Virus record (IMG/VR): IMGVR_UViG_3300035180_002703
Location: 1 to 64,000 of that record
Length of the DNA: 64,000 nt
Origin: a virus
Reading direction: 5' to 3' (one strand)
Shown: in pieces, positions 37,395 through 46,778 of the stretch
Layout of the letters: each line of letters begins with the position of its first letter
Numbering within the stretch: position 1 is the first letter of the stretch
The notes under the pieces: generated by a model
Told to the model about the DNA's origin: nothing
What the model saw: only the letters and a program-made list of their open reading frames with translations
Databases searched by the model: none
Position numbers and translations under genes: made by a program

Positions 37395-37423
37395 ATAAGT
37401 CGCCACCTTAGGGGGCGCAACGG
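37392..37423 (+). promoter_or_regulatory. Leader motif A copy 5
   Basis: CCG-ATAAGT-CGCC-A-CC(TTAG)GG-GGCG-CAA-CGG directly after hammerhead 1. Confidence 0.8.
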
Positions 37424-37437
37424 AGGGGAGGGGAGAA

Positions 37438-37842
37438 ATGGATGACGTTGGTAGTGGTGGCTCCGTCTGGAGCGAAACCGTCTGGAAGATGCCGATGACG
37501 CTGGAGCTCCTGGAAAGACAGGCGATCGGTGCGGAAAGCGCGGCGCAGGAACACTCCGAGATTGCCAAGAGGGCTACCAGCCGGGCGGAAGCGAAGAAGG
37601 CGCGAGAGGAAGCAGATTACCTGTACGAGCTGGCCGACGAATACCGAGGGCTCGCACGTGATCTGAAGGGGATCGCGGAAGGACAGACGCTGGAAGAAAC
37701 GGTGAAGACACTGCGCAGTCTATCGCGAAGGAAGACAGGTATCCAACGACACAGGCAGTTGAGCGACTATGAGGAGATGGCAGATATTCTGTCATTCTAC
37801 CTGCGAGGATATACGGGAGAGGAGGATCACAATGAACAGTGA
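37438..37842 (+). CDS. Hypothetical helical early protein
   Basis: RBS GGAGGGGG; partial paralogue of 37020..37328. Confidence 0.6.
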   Translation: MDDVGSGGSVWSETVWKMPMTLELLERQAIGAESAAQEHSEIAKRATSRAEAKKAREEADYLYELADEYRGLARDLKGIAEGQTLEETVKTLRSLSRRKTGIQRHRQLSDYEEMADILSFYLRGYTGEEDHNEQ

Positions 37843-38494
37843 AGACACCTGGGCCAAGTGCCATGTGGACGTGGCTAACGCCGCGCTCGGTATCGCCCGC
37901 GAATACGGGCATCCGTGGGCGCATAGCTCCGTGGTTCCTCAAGCTGGGGGGTGGGAGCCAGAGGACAAGCGACCCACGCTCGAAGAAATCAAGATGCACA
38001 TCCCGTGTCGGATCGCACGCGGCGTTCTCACTCCGCGCGTCTCCTACGACGAAAACGGTTGGGTGCTGAGATTCAAGACGCCGGACGGGCGCGCGACCAT
38101 CCAGGTGTCGCATGAGACGGACCGCGACACGGAGTATTCAGTCACTGTCTGGAGGTCAGACGGATCGTGGGCGCGAGGCACGAAGTCTGGGCATTTCATC
38201 ATGGTCGGGGCCGACGACACTCGCTGGGGTATGCGCCATATGAAGGCATGGCAGCGAGCGTGGCGTGCGATTGGCATCGAGCCGCCGGAGTTTCCCGGGG
38301 TTCTCCGCGCTGAGTGGGACCTGATCGTCGACGCAGACAGTCCATTGCCAACAGGCACCGAGGATATATCGGGGGCAACCGTCCAGATCATGCCCTCGGC
38401 GCTCTTGACGGGGAGGGACCTGCTCAAACTGGTGCAGTATGCACGACACGTTATCGTCCGGGATGACGACTACCGGGCGTATCCTCTGGCATAA
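37832..38494 (+). CDS. Early protein, 'AREYG...RAW' paralogue family
   Basis: ANAALGIAREYG...WGMRHMKAWQRAWRAIG..FP; similar to 50121, 51654, 52814, 49415. Confidence 0.7.
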   Translation: MNSEDTWAKCHVDVANAALGIAREYGHPWAHSSVVPQAGGWEPEDKRPTLEEIKMHIPCRIARGVLTPRVSYDENGWVLRFKTPDGRATIQVSHETDRDTEYSVTVWRSDGSWARGTKSGHFIMVGADDTRWGMRHMKAWQRAWRAIGIEPPEFPGVLRAEWDLIVDADSPLPTGTEDISGATVQIMPSALLTGRDLLKLVQYARHVIVRDDDYRAYPLA

Positions 38495-38497
38495 CGG

Positions 38498-38526
38498 TTG
38501 ACGGGATCGGCGTGATGGGATATAAT
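38498..38526 (+). promoter_or_regulatory. sigma70 promoter of the replication operon
   Basis: TTGACG-17-TATAAT. Confidence 0.8.
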
Positions 38527-38567
38527 AAGTGTGCCGATATGGCTAATCTGATGGGAGGGACATATGC

Positions 38568-38786
38568 ATGAAAGGCAGGCCACGAAGAGAGATGCAGAGT
38601 TGCGATGTTGCGCTCTGGGAGTACGGTGGAGTACGGGCGTTCGTTGAGGAGCTAGACGCCGAAGGAGTTCCTCGCCCGAAGATCATTCAGGCGATTTCGG
38701 AGGCGGCTCCAGACGCGAAGATTCCGAAGTCCGCTCAAACGATCGGTAACTGGATACGGTACTGGAAGAACCCCGATCGCGGCTAA
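38568..38786 (+). CDS. Small HTH-like DNA-binding protein
   Basis: GVPRPKIIQAI...SAQTIGNWIR; first gene after the promoter. Confidence 0.5.
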   Translation: MKGRPRREMQSCDVALWEYGGVRAFVEELDAEGVPRPKIIQAISEAAPDAKIPKSAQTIGNWIRYWKNPDRG

Positions 38787-38805
38787 CGAGAGAAGGAGGG
38801 GGGAA

Positions 38806-39072
38806 ATGCCGGACCTGGTGTTGCAAACGGGCGTCAAAGTTCCCGCTCGCGATGTTACAGAAGCTTGGGCCATGACCGTGCCCGGCGATGGCGCGGAGAT
38901 ACACGTCAGGCTGCGGGACCGCGCACCGTTCTGCTTGGCGTTCGCATCTGAGCTGAGAAGCGCGCCGATACATGACATGATCGAGAGGCTGACGGACTGG
39001 CTCCGCTCACCTCAAGGCGATTTCGACCTGGAGGCCGAATGGCGCGAGGCGGATACGCGCGCGGGGCTCTGA
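38806..39072 (+). CDS. Hypothetical protein
   Basis: RBS AAGGAGG. Confidence 0.6.
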   Translation: MPDLVLQTGVKVPARDVTEAWAMTVPGDGAEIHVRLRDRAPFCLAFASELRSAPIHDMIERLTDWLRSPQGDFDLEAEWREADTRAGL

Positions 39073-39084
39073 AAGGAGAAGCAC

Positions 39085-39411
39085 TTGACCGACGAATATG
39101 CGGGCCTTAGAATACGGCGGTACGAACGAAAGCGGGCTCGAAGGGAGAAATTCCTGGAGAACTCATGGCGCACGCTGATCGCAGTCGCAGTCCTGGCAGG
39201 CATCGCAGTGGAGTATCACAGGCTGCAGGTTCTGGATAAGCTCGCACAGTCGCCGGTGGTGGTTTACATGCCATCGGAGCGGAAGGCGATGCGCGAGGTT
39301 CGACCGCTCGCGAGCCGGGGGAGGCGCGTTGTTCGCGAGTCAAGCGATCCGCATTACAAGGGAATGTTGCCGGCATTGCCAGACCTGCCGGGGAGAGGAG
39401 AGGGAGAATGA
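39085..39411 (+). CDS. Hypothetical single-TM protein
   Basis: RBS AAGGAG; TLIAVAVLAGIAV. Confidence 0.55.
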   Translation: MTDEYAGLRIRRYERKRARREKFLENSWRTLIAVAVLAGIAVEYHRLQVLDKLAQSPVVVYMPSERKAMREVRPLASRGRRVVRESSDPHYKGMLPALPDLPGRGEGE

Positions 39412-40211
39412 GCGAGGCCGAGGAGAAACATGAGGCGGTGGGCTCCGCAGAGTGGGCCGCGAAGCGTTGCATCAAAATGCAGGGGGGTAAGTGGTACCTG
39501 CCAGTGGCTCCGCGCGTACAGTGGTTTAGAACGGTGCATCCCGACTGGGGTATCAGCACGTCCCTGATCGAGGGCGGCCACGAGGCGGGGTTCGCGACGG
39601 TGCAGGCGATCATCTACAACCCCGAGGGCCGGCTGCTCGCATCCGGGATGAAGACCGAGTCCAAGCATGACTTTCCCGCAGGGTGGGTCGAGAAGGCGGA
39701 GAGTGGCGCTGTGGGCCGGGCGCTGGCATTGCTCGGGTTCGGCACGCAGTTCACGCCGGAACTTGACGAAGCGCCGCGGATCGTCGATACTCCACGGCGT
39801 CCCGTCTCGGATCACGGAGGCCTGCCGGTGTCCACGAAGGTCACGGACAGCATCTGGGAGGGTGACGGACCCTGTCCGTTCTGCCATGCCAAACCTGGCA
39901 CGGGGCACGTCGAGGCGTGTCGATACATCGGAAAGTCGCCCGAGGAGGTGGACAAGGACATCGCGGCACGGCGATGGATCGCGGAGTTGGCGAAGCGCGG
40001 CTACACTGACAAAGAAAGCCGCGCGCGTGTTCTCCGCGACGTGTTGACATGGAAGGCCGGCGGGAAGGTCAACCCGCGAGTCCCTCCGCCGGTGCTTTCG
40101 ACTTACACTGCCGCCGACTTCAGGCTCGCGGTCGATAACCTGGAGGCCTACGAGGCGGTGCGGAACAAGACCGATCAGGCGCTCGCATCGAGCGCTGACT
40201 TCACGGATTAG
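39408..40211 (+). CDS. Putative Rad52/Sak-like single-strand annealing protein
   Basis: YLPVAPRVQWFR...VEKAESGAVGRALALLGFG; replication module context. Confidence 0.65.
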   Translation: MSEAEEKHEAVGSAEWAAKRCIKMQGGKWYLPVAPRVQWFRTVHPDWGISTSLIEGGHEAGFATVQAIIYNPEGRLLASGMKTESKHDFPAGWVEKAESGAVGRALALLGFGTQFTPELDEAPRIVDTPRRPVSDHGGLPVSTKVTDSIWEGDGPCPFCHAKPGTGHVEACRYIGKSPEEVDKDIAARRWIAELAKRGYTDKESRARVLRDVLTWKAGGKVNPRVPPPVLSTYTAADFRLAVDNLEAYEAVRNKTDQALASSADFTD

Positions 40212-40230
40212 ACATGCTACATAACTCGGT

Positions 40231-40271
40231 GAAACCCCGTCCGCCGCCGGTTCGTCGGGCGGGGTTTCTTT
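40231..40271 (+). terminator. Intrinsic terminator
   Basis: GAAACCCCGTCCG...CGGGCGGGGTTTCTTT. Confidence 0.65.
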
Positions 40272-40300
40272 CCCGCAGTGCGGGAGAAGGGAGGGTGGGT

Positions 40301-40621
40301 ATGCCTTGGTATAGGATGACCGCTAAACCGCGCTCTGCGAGCGAATCCTGGGTCTTTACGTGCCCTTCCTGCGGGCACGAGGCGTGGGCGGTTAGCGAGG
40401 AACTTCCTGGCTATACTCGCATCGAATGGGGCTGCATCAGCCCGGATTGCCCGGCGGGCGGTTCGCAGTGGATCGAGCACAAGAGGGAACGCGCGGTGGC
40501 GGCTCCGGAGGGGCGCTCGTGGGGCGCAGTCAACGTGGCGATTGTCGTTGCGGCCCTGGTCGCGTTCTGGTGGGGGTTCGTGCCCTGGGCCGTCGAAATG
40601 CTGGTCCGACTCTGGAAGTAG
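40301..40621 (+). CDS. Zn-ribbon + C-terminal TM protein (paralogue 1)
   Basis: CPSCG...EWGC....C; hydrophobic C-terminus. Confidence 0.65.
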   Translation: MPWYRMTAKPRSASESWVFTCPSCGHEAWAVSEELPGYTRIEWGCISPDCPAGGSQWIEHKRERAVAAPEGRSWGAVNVAIVVAALVAFWWGFVPWAVEMLVRLWK

Positions 40622-40646
40622 CTCTGCGAGGCAAAGGAGGGGGGAA

Positions 40647-41012
40647 ATGGGTTCTGAAGTGAGCCGGGAGCGGATGTCGTCTCAAGAACAGTCGATGTTG
40701 ACCGGCGTGGTTGATTTCGAACTATTCGAGCTCACCTGTCCGCGCTGCGGGGCCACGGCCGTTGCCATTGCCGAGTCGCGAGATGGCGGCGTATATGCCG
40801 AGTGGGATTGCTGCGACGACATGTGCGGGCTGCATGGGGGTATGTGGACGGAGGAGTGCTCGCGGGATCGTGGGCCGATGAAAACTATGCCGCCGGTGGC
40901 GATCATCACGCTTGCGAATCTGAGGCTGGCTGCGATAGCTATCGGGATATTGCTGGCGTTCTGCTTGCATTACAGCGGATTTCTTCACGCGCTGACTGCG
41001 GTGCTTCGATGA
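40647..41012 (+). CDS. Zn-ribbon + C-terminal TM protein (paralogue 2)
   Basis: CPRCG...EWDC....CG; hydrophobic C-terminus. Confidence 0.65.
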   Translation: MGSEVSRERMSSQEQSMLTGVVDFELFELTCPRCGATAVAIAESRDGGVYAEWDCCDDMCGLHGGMWTEECSRDRGPMKTMPPVAIITLANLRLAAIAIGILLAFCLHYSGFLHALTAVLR

Positions 41013-41401
41013 ACGAGAAGTCTTCTTCCGGTGGCTGGGAAGTCATCAGGTCCGCGATGGGCCGTGAGCTGGCCATGTTCAACGAGTACAGGCCGGCGAC
41101 GTTCGAGTCACATTCGCTTTTGCGACGTTGCCCGTATTGCGGGCATTTGTCCGACCTTTCCGTTAGGTGGCGTCCCGGGGGGGCCTACGTCGAATGGGAC
41201 TGCGAGCCGCGGTATTGCGGGCGACGCGGCTACGCATGGTGGAGGCGCAGGCCGCTGATCAGCAGGCTTCTTCGCAAGCTTCGGCGCGAGGGGATTACGC
41301 GCGATGACCTCAAGCGTCTCGGGGCAATCGCGGCAGAGGTCGCCTTCTGGCTTTGCTACGCTGCATGGATGGCATCACTACTTGCGAAACTACGGAGATA
41401 G
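41009..41401 (+). CDS. Zn-ribbon + C-terminal TM protein (paralogue 3)
   Basis: CPYCG...EWDC....CG; hydrophobic C-terminus. Confidence 0.65.
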   Translation: MNEKSSSGGWEVIRSAMGRELAMFNEYRPATFESHSLLRRCPYCGHLSDLSVRWRPGGAYVEWDCEPRYCGRRGYAWWRRRPLISRLLRKLRREGITRDDLKRLGAIAAEVAFWLCYAAWMASLLAKLRR

Positions 41402-41404
41402 AAA

Positions 41405-42361
41405 TTGGGCACGCTATCGGAAGGACTGCTGGCACGATTGAACGAACCTGTCCCGGCAGGTGCGCAGGAGCGATACCTGGAATGGCTCGACGCGGGGTTG
41501 TTCGCGCCGGTGCCGGAGATCGGGCCGTCGGAGCTGCGGGAATGGGTGAGACTGTCGATTACTCGGGTGAAAACGCTGGCATTCAAATTGGGCATGCTCT
41601 ACGCGTACGGCACACAGACGTTCGGCGAAGAGGTTAGACAGGTCGCGGAGGAAGCGGGCGTTAGCTTGCATACGATCGAGAACAACGCGTCGATCATTCG
41701 CAGGTTCGGTGGATCGCCGGAACTGCGGGCCATTGCGGCAAGCGACGGCATCACCACGCGGCATTTGGACGCGCTATGCGACCGACGCCTGGACGACTCG
41801 GAGCGGGTGGAGCTTGGCAAGACGATTGTCGATCGCGGGATGTCGAGCATTGCGGCTCGGGCGCTCGTTCGGGAATACGTCTCGGCGCGCGAGGATATCA
41901 AGGAATCGCCGGAATGGTCTCCGGGCGGGCCGTTCGACGCGTCGGCGGCGTCGAGGGCGGTGGACGCTGTCATCTCCTCCGCGAAGGCGCGCGATATCGC
42001 GTCGGTCCTTCTTGGCCTGCTCGATGACCGTCTGCCAGACTGGCGCGCGGAGTTCGGTATCGCTCGTGACGCTGACAAGTGCGACGCGCTGCAGGCGGCT
42101 ATGAGTGCCCTTCTGACGGCATACAAGGCGCATGGTGGGACGTTGGAGGATATCATGGCCGCCGATCCGACGATTGGCCGCCGGTGCGACTGGGTGTCGG
42201 AAATGACCGGGGAATGCATACCTGCCATCATCGAAGGCTATGCGCGCGGTGGTAGGACTGTGCTCGTAGACGTCGACGGATTTGACAGGGACCGCGGGCG
42301 CGCGCGTATCGTTCCGACCGAGGCTGTCCGTCTTGAGCTCACACGCAAAGGAGGCTCATAG
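41405..42361 (+). CDS. Hypothetical protein, possible HTH
   Basis: 318 aa; VRQVAEEAGVSLHTIEN. Confidence 0.55.
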   Translation: MGTLSEGLLARLNEPVPAGAQERYLEWLDAGLFAPVPEIGPSELREWVRLSITRVKTLAFKLGMLYAYGTQTFGEEVRQVAEEAGVSLHTIENNASIIRRFGGSPELRAIAASDGITTRHLDALCDRRLDDSERVELGKTIVDRGMSSIAARALVREYVSAREDIKESPEWSPGGPFDASAASRAVDAVISSAKARDIASVLLGLLDDRLPDWRAEFGIARDADKCDALQAAMSALLTAYKAHGGTLEDIMAADPTIGRRCDWVSEMTGECIPAIIEGYARGGRTVLVDVDGFDRDRGRARIVPTEAVRLELTRKGGS

Positions 42362-42362
42362 C

Positions 42363-42755
42363 ATGGTTGGTTCCCGTCGGATGAAGTACGGCAATAACCG
42401 GGTTCGGGTGGATGGGCAGTTGTTCGACTCTGTCGGAGAGTACGAGCATTGGAAGCATTTGCGGGAACGGGAGGCTGCCGGGGAGATCAGTGATCTGAAG
42501 CGACAGATGGCATTCGAGCTTGCTCCGTCACTTGTCCTCTGGGGTCGCAAGAAACCTGCATTGCGATACATCGCCGATTACGTGTACATGGAGAACGGCG
42601 AGCGTGTTGTCGCTGACTACAAGGGCGGGCCGCTGACGCCATTGTTTCGCGCGAAGGCGCATCTGCTGAAGGCGGTGCATGGCATCGATATCCTCATTGT
42701 GCGTGGTCGGGCCGATCGTCGCGGGAGGGGCGGAAATGAAGCGAATAACGCTTGA
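42363..42755 (+). CDS. DUF1064-family putative endonuclease
   Basis: KYGN..V.VDG..FDS..E, LKRQ..FEL, YIADYVY, VVADYKG. Confidence 0.85.
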   Translation: MVGSRRMKYGNNRVRVDGQLFDSVGEYEHWKHLREREAAGEISDLKRQMAFELAPSLVLWGRKKPALRYIADYVYMENGERVVADYKGGPLTPLFRAKAHLLKAVHGIDILIVRGRADRRGRGGNEANNA

Positions 42756-44127
42756 TCTGAATGATCTGGTTGTGCAGGGAAACATTCGGCGTTTGACGTT
42801 TGCCGAACGGGGCGCGTTCGACATATTATTGGAGCAGTATATCACGCGCGGAGGCTCGCTGCCGTTGGACGTGGACGAATGTTGCGATTTGGCCTCGGCG
42901 CGAACTGAGGAGGATCGGGCGGTAGTGAAGTCGACGCTGTCGGCGGCGTTTCGTGCGACCGATGATGGTTGGCGCAGCACCTGGGCCGATGGTCTCGCGG
43001 AGCGTGTCGGTCGGCGTTCGGACACCTATCGGGAGAATGCCGTGGCGCGTTGGTCGAAGTCGCGGAATGGCGTTGATATCGCTGATAATGCATGCAATAG
43101 CATCGGCGAAAATGCAATTGCAATGCAATTGCATCCGGAGAAATGCAATTGCATCGGCTCGAACGGGATCGGACCGAAAATCGCATCTGATAGTGCTGAT
43201 AATGGCGTTGATATCGCTGATAACTCATGCAATTGCATCGAATCACATGCAATTGGAATGCAATTGCATCAGGCGGAATGCAATTGCAATGCAATAGCAT
43301 CGGCGGGAATGCAATTGCATCAGGCGGAATGCAATTGCAATGCAATAGCATCAGATTGCATGAATTCGCATGGAATCGCGTCGAAAAGCGTCCAAGATGG
43401 CGATGATGACGCTGTTTCTGACGTTCCCCCCCCTTATAACCCCCCTATATACAAAGACTCTATACTAATACAAAGAGTCTTTGACTCTAAGAGACTCTCT
43501 ACCTCTGAAGACTCTATATCTAACAAAGAGTCTTGTAAGACTCTAAAAGACTATAAAGACGAAGAGAGTCTTGGCGTTGAGAAGAGAGATTGTACGAATT
43601 ACCACTCTTGCGCAAATCGCGTCGATTTTGCGCTTTTCGATGTCGAAAACGACGTTGAAGCACAGGGCGATGGCGTTGCGCAACCTGACGTCGCGAACAA
43701 CGCCACGACGCTGGACCCGGGGCACGGTGGTAGTAGTCGCTCGAAAGGATGGACCGCGGAGGAAGTGAAGGAGAAACAGTTGCGTGGCTTCAACAGGTTC
43801 TGGGAACTTCAACCCCGAAAGGTCGATAAGGCTCGGTGCTGGGCATGGTGGCAGCGCAACGTTCGCGAACGCGGCATCGCTCCGGCTATCATCAACGGCT
43901 TCAAGGCATATCTCGCCACGTGCAATCCGGAGGATAACTTCAAGTACGCGAAGCGACCCATAACCTGGCTCCGTGGTAGGTGCTGGGAGGACGAAGGGCT
44001 CGATCCTTCTGCTCTGGAGGCTGTTCTACCTGCTCGCGAACCCATCCGCGATCTCGGATTCGAGTATAGTGCAGAGAATCTCGAACGAACGCTCGGAATC
44101 TCGCTTCCACGCGCGAAAAGCGGCTAA
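42736..44127 (+). CDS. Replication initiator (YdaU/DUF1376-like N-terminus, lambda O-like layout)
   Basis: LTFAERGAFDILL..Y...GSLP; C-term FNRFW..PRKVDK, RPITWLRGRCWEDE; internal DNA repeats; precedes DnaB. Confidence 0.8.
   Translation: MKRITLDLNDLVVQGNIRRLTFAERGAFDILLEQYITRGGSLPLDVDECCDLASARTEEDRAVVKSTLSAAFRATDDGWRSTWADGLAERVGRRSDTYRENAVARWSKSRNGVDIADNACNSIGENAIAMQLHPEKCNCIGSNGIGPKIASDSADNGVDIADNSCNCIESHAIGMQLHQAECNCNAIASAGMQLHQAECNCNAIASDCMNSHGIASKSVQDGDDDAVSDVPPPYNPPIYKDSILIQRVFDSKRLSTSEDSISNKESCKTLKDYKDEESLGVEKRDCTNYHSCANRVDFALFDVENDVEAQGDGVAQPDVANNATTLDPGHGGSSRSKGWTAEEVKEKQLRGFNRFWELQPRKVDKARCWAWWQRNVRERGIAPAIINGFKAYLATCNPEDNFKYAKRPITWLRGRCWEDEGLDPSALEAVLPAREPIRDLGFEYSAENLERTLGISLPRAKSG
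43066..43575. repeat. Probable replication origin inside the initiator gene
   Basis: About eight TGCAATTGCA palindromes plus variants, duplicated AATGGCGTTGATATCGCTGATAA (43066, 43201), then an AT-rich tract with AGACTCT/AGAGTCT repeats. Confidence 0.7.
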
Positions 44128-44231
44128 TCCGGTTCGTTGTACTCGTTTCGGCTTAGAACGCGTCTGCGGGCATCCTGGCGCGATTACGGGGCATTGTGGA
44201 AGTTCGACGAAACTAGCATCGGAGGATTCGC

Positions 44232-45617
44232 GTGAGTAACAACCGTCTGCCGCCGCAAAGTCTGGAAATGGAACAGGCAGTCTGCGGCGCTATGCTGATC
44301 GACCCGGAAGCGGTCTGGACGTGCGCATCCATTCTCCGACAAACGGACTTCTACCGAGTCGAACATGGTACCGTCTTCGCAGCAGTCATCGCCGTCGCGT
44401 CGCGCGGGCAGGCGGTCGACGTGCTCACAGTCCAAGAAGAGCTTCGCTCGGCAGGCAATCTCGAAACTTGCGGAGGCGCTCCTTATCTGGTTCACCTCAC
44501 AGACTGTGTACCTTCTGCAGCTAACGCGGAATATTATGCTAAGGTCGTGGCGGAGAAAGCTACTCTGCGACGTATCTCGGACGCTGGCTCGCAGCTGCGT
44601 ACGATGGTCTATGCGGATTACGACGAAATCGGCGATGTCTGCGATAAGGCGTTTCGTACGGTCATGGACGCAGTTTCGCATCGTGATAGTCGCAACCCAT
44701 CAGACGCTCGTACGCTGGTCGAAGAAATTCTCGCGGAAGTCGATAAATTGCGCGAAACTGGAGAAATTCCGGGCCTTTCTACCGGATTCGCTGATCTCGA
44801 TACGGCAACGGCGGGGTTCTGCGGAGGTGAACTCGTTATCGTCGCAGGCGCTCCGTCTATGGGCAAATCGGCTTTCGCGCTCCAAATCGCTCGCCACGTC
44901 GCTCGCAAGCACGGGCCCGTCCTTATCGTCTCACTCGAAATGTCTGGACGGGAAATCATGCATCGACAACTTTCTATCGAATCTGGTATCGACCTGCTAC
45001 GATTGCGACGCGGAATGGTCTCGAAGGAAGAGCGAGAAACGCTAGATAGAGTCGGAAAGACTCTCTGCTCGGAACCGGTGCTCATTCACGATCGCGGCGT
45101 CGATTCGCTCGGCGCAATCCGACAAGCAGTTCGACGAATGAGGCCGGAACCGGTTATGGTGCTCGTCGATTACCTGCAAATCATGCGAGTCGAACGTGTC
45201 ACGGATAATCGGGCGCAGGACCTCGGCGCTATCTGCAGAGGCTTGAAACGTCTCGGCATGGATTACGAAATGCCAGTGGTCCTATTGTCACAACTTTCAC
45301 GCGAAATCGCAAGGCGAAACGATCGCAAACCGGTTATGTCTGATCTCCGAGACTCGGGCGCGATAGAACAGGACGCGGATATCGTGCTCGGATTGTATCG
45401 CGAGAATTACTACAAGTCACAAGGCGTTGTAACGCGAGACTCGCCACCGGAGGAAGCGGAAATCCTGATCATGAAACAACGCAACGGGCCGCGCGGTTCG
45501 GTTCGCGTTATGTTTCGACCGGCTACGGCGCAGTGGGCGTCTGGAATGTTTGGCGCGCGTGCTGACGCATACACGCGATATGATCAGACGCCAAACGATG
45601 AAGACTATACCGACTAG
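44232..45617 (+). CDS. dnaB: Replicative DnaB helicase
   Basis: PPQSLEMEQAVCG, GAPSMGKS Walker A, VDYLQ, LSQLSR, SDLRDSGAIEQDAD, KQRNGP. Confidence 0.97.
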   Translation: MSNNRLPPQSLEMEQAVCGAMLIDPEAVWTCASILRQTDFYRVEHGTVFAAVIAVASRGQAVDVLTVQEELRSAGNLETCGGAPYLVHLTDCVPSAANAEYYAKVVAEKATLRRISDAGSQLRTMVYADYDEIGDVCDKAFRTVMDAVSHRDSRNPSDARTLVEEILAEVDKLRETGEIPGLSTGFADLDTATAGFCGGELVIVAGAPSMGKSAFALQIARHVARKHGPVLIVSLEMSGREIMHRQLSIESGIDLLRLRRGMVSKEERETLDRVGKTLCSEPVLIHDRGVDSLGAIRQAVRRMRPEPVMVLVDYLQIMRVERVTDNRAQDLGAICRGLKRLGMDYEMPVVLLSQLSREIARRNDRKPVMSDLRDSGAIEQDADIVLGLYRENYYKSQGVVTRDSPPEEAEILIMKQRNGPRGSVRVMFRPATAQWASGMFGARADAYTRYDQTPNDEDYTD

Positions 45618-45628
45618 GAGGGGAAGTT

Positions 45629-45967
45629 ATGCAGGTACCGGAACTCTTCACGATCGCGCGCGAAGCGGGCGTGCGCGTTCGCTTGATGGATGGGCGGATC
45701 GTGTTCGGGCCGCGCGCGGCGTTCGAAGCTCTACCGGCGCATGTTCAAGATGGTCTGCGTGCAGCGAAAGCGATCTTTGCATTACACGTGGACGAAACCG
45801 GAGAGGTGACTGGCTATCGGCAGTGGGGGCCGTGCGACGACACGGCGCATCCGGAAGGTCTCGGGCGTTGTGCAGTCTGTTGGCGGATAGTTCACAATGA
45901 TGGCGTTTGTCGCATAGGCGATAACGGGGAATTCACGATCACTCACTCGGCTTGTTCTGGTACATAG
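45629..45967 (+). CDS. Hypothetical protein with C-terminal Cys/His cluster
   Basis: RBS GGAGG; CAVC...H..C. Confidence 0.55.
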   Translation: MQVPELFTIAREAGVRVRLMDGRIVFGPRAAFEALPAHVQDGLRAAKAIFALHVDETGEVTGYRQWGPCDDTAHPEGLGRCAVCWRIVHNDGVCRIGDNGEFTITHSACSGT

Positions 45968-45968
45968 A

Positions 45969-46080
45969 TGGTAACGTTTTGGTCAATTTCAGGCTGTTTG
46001 GTAAGGCTTTGGTAAGGCGATGGTCAAGTCCTGGTAAGTTTGGTAAGGCTTTGGTAAGCTTCTGGTAAGGCTTTGGTACC
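45969..46080 (+). repeat. Array of about ten TGGTAAG-core repeats, ~11-bp period
   Basis: TTTGGTAAGGC and variants in an intergenic region. Confidence 0.8.
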
Positions 46081-46165
46081 ATCCTCGTGCTGTTTCTCCT
46101 TGTACTATCCTCAACGTCCGATAATGTGCTTTACGCCATTCGAGAAACTTTTTTTCGAAGTGGGC

Positions 46166-46194
46166 TTGACAAGCTCGGGCCGTTATGGTAGTAT
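46166..46194 (+). promoter_or_regulatory. sigma70 promoter
   Basis: TTGACA-17-TAGTAT with TG; T-tract upstream. Confidence 0.75.
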
Positions 46195-46235
46195 ATATTC
46201 ATAACAAGGCGAAAGACGGAAGGGGGGCGAGGGGA

Positions 46236-46469
46236 ATGTGTTCAGTCGATGTAGAGGCGTTGCGGGATACCGTGAAGTGGCTTCGGGGGAGAAGTGAAGA
46301 TCATCTTGTAGTAGCTCGGAACTGGGATAACGACGTCGCATACTATAGCGCTAAGCCGGGCTACCGAGAAGAGGTTCAGGTGTATGCGGCGTTTCGGGAT
46401 TCGTTTCGCAAGCGATCGGCGGAGGTGTTGGAGATCGCGGAGATGGTCGAGAAAGCGATACTACCATGA
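46236..46469 (+). CDS. Small helical early protein
   Basis: RBS GAGGGG; first of six consecutive helical ORFs. Confidence 0.6.
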   Translation: MCSVDVEALRDTVKWLRGRSEDHLVVARNWDNDVAYYSAKPGYREEVQVYAAFRDSFRKRSAEVLEIAEMVEKAILP

Positions 46470-46486
46470 TGGAAGGAGGCAGGGGA

Positions 46487-46711
46487 ATGTCAGATGTGTT
46501 GCGTACGAGGCTGTTGGTAGGGAAACTGCGCGAGATTGGAACCGGTCTGCGAGAAAGCCAGGAGAAGTGTCCTGACAAGACGAACGCGATTGGTTGGGGT
46601 GATCGGGCGGATGGCGTGGAGGCTTTTGCTGACGCTCTGTCTAAGGCGCTGGACTCACACGCGCGATATGATGTGGAAACGGCGTTTGAGATTGTGTTTG
46701 GCGCGCGATAG
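46487..46711 (+). CDS. Small helical early protein
   Basis: RBS AAGGAGG. Confidence 0.6.
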   Translation: MSDVLRTRLLVGKLREIGTGLRESQEKCPDKTNAIGWGDRADGVEAFADALSKALDSHARYDVETAFEIVFGAR

Positions 46712-46714
46712 AAA

Positions 46715-46778
46715 GCCGAAACCGGTCTTCGGGCCGGTCTATGCAGGACGGCTACCTGCATACTGAAGAGGCAAGCTT
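46715..46778 (+). ncRNA. Type II hammerhead ribozyme 2
   Basis: GCC-GAAA-[CCGGTC TTCG GGCCGG]-TC^-[TATGCAGG ACGGCTA CCTGCATA]-CTGAAGA-GGC; predicted cleavage after C46739. Confidence 0.92.

Noticed and set aside
45969-46080. Possible CRISPR or mini-array
   Set aside because: Units of ~11 bp with no unique 25-45 bp spacers and no cas genes
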